14,619 nt of DNA from Candidatus Zixiibacteriota bacterium (lineage in GTDB: Bacteria; Zixibacteria; MSB-5A5; WJJR01): assembly GCA_036170655.1 (NCBI GenBank), contig JAVHPP010000065.1, positions 1 to 14,619 on the forward strand, written 5' to 3'. Positions 14,406 through 14,619 of this stretch are shown one piece after another. The translations under genes were made by a program, and so were the position numbers. The notes below the pieces were generated by a model, which searched no databases, was not told where the DNA came from, and saw nothing but the letters and a program-made list of their open reading frames with translations. Each line of letters starts with the position of its first letter. Position 1 is the stretch's first letter.

Positions 14406-14619
14406 TCATCGCGCCAGCCCCAGCCAGTCCCCCAGCAGGAACTGGACACGTCCAATCAGGAGCGAGACGCGCGCCATGACAGTGTATCCGAAGTGCGCGC
14501 CGAATGCCACCATGATGAAGCCGATACCAGCCGACGCCACCCACCCCAGCGGTCCGGTGTGTGGCTTGGAAAAGTAGAAGTAGATCAAGGTTGACAGCAC
14601 ACCCGCGACGATCAGGATG
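14406..14619 (-). CDS. C-terminal part of a hypothetical membrane protein; 5' end lies outside the window
   Basis: Open frame from the window edge: ILIVAGVLSTLIYFYFSKPH..GPLG..ASAGIGFIMVAFGAHFGYTVMARVSLLIGRVQFLLGDWLGLAR*, with hydrophobic segments. Confidence 0.75.
   Translation of the reverse strand, partial: ILIVAGVLSTLIYFYFSKPHTGPLGWVASAGIGFIMVAFGAHFGYTVMARVSLLIGRVQFLLGDWLGLAR

Overview
A GC-rich bacterial chromosomal window with all 14 credible CDSs on the minus strand. The gene content (lipoproteins, and an exbB-exbD-exbD-tonB plus TPR cluster) indicates a diderm; an FCB-group-like lineage is only an inference. In transcription order (right to left): a partial membrane protein; a peptidase-MA-like lipoprotein lacking HExxH; a secreted NTF2-like (SgcJ/EcaC/DUF4440) protein; an Fn3 lipoprotein; a lone hutH; a lipoprotein with two RskA_C-like repeats; a small 2-TM protein; a secreted TPR protein with a Cys-rich tail; an unknown multi-TM protein; exbB; two exbD; two tandem tonB paralogs; cystathionine beta-synthase; and a partial cystathionine gamma-lyase/synthase. 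No RNA genes, CRISPR arrays or mobile elements were found. The best candidate for an undescribed system is the Ton-type motor locus, which has no receptor gene in the window and three accessory proteins. Its two TonBs share a ~93% identical linker but only ~59% identical C-domains. Also notable: candidate operators, including a 12-bp direct repeat over the cbs promoter with a third similar copy ~10.6 kb away; a duplicated translation-start region; and a probably inactive peptidase homolog. All counts are by hand; no database searches were run.
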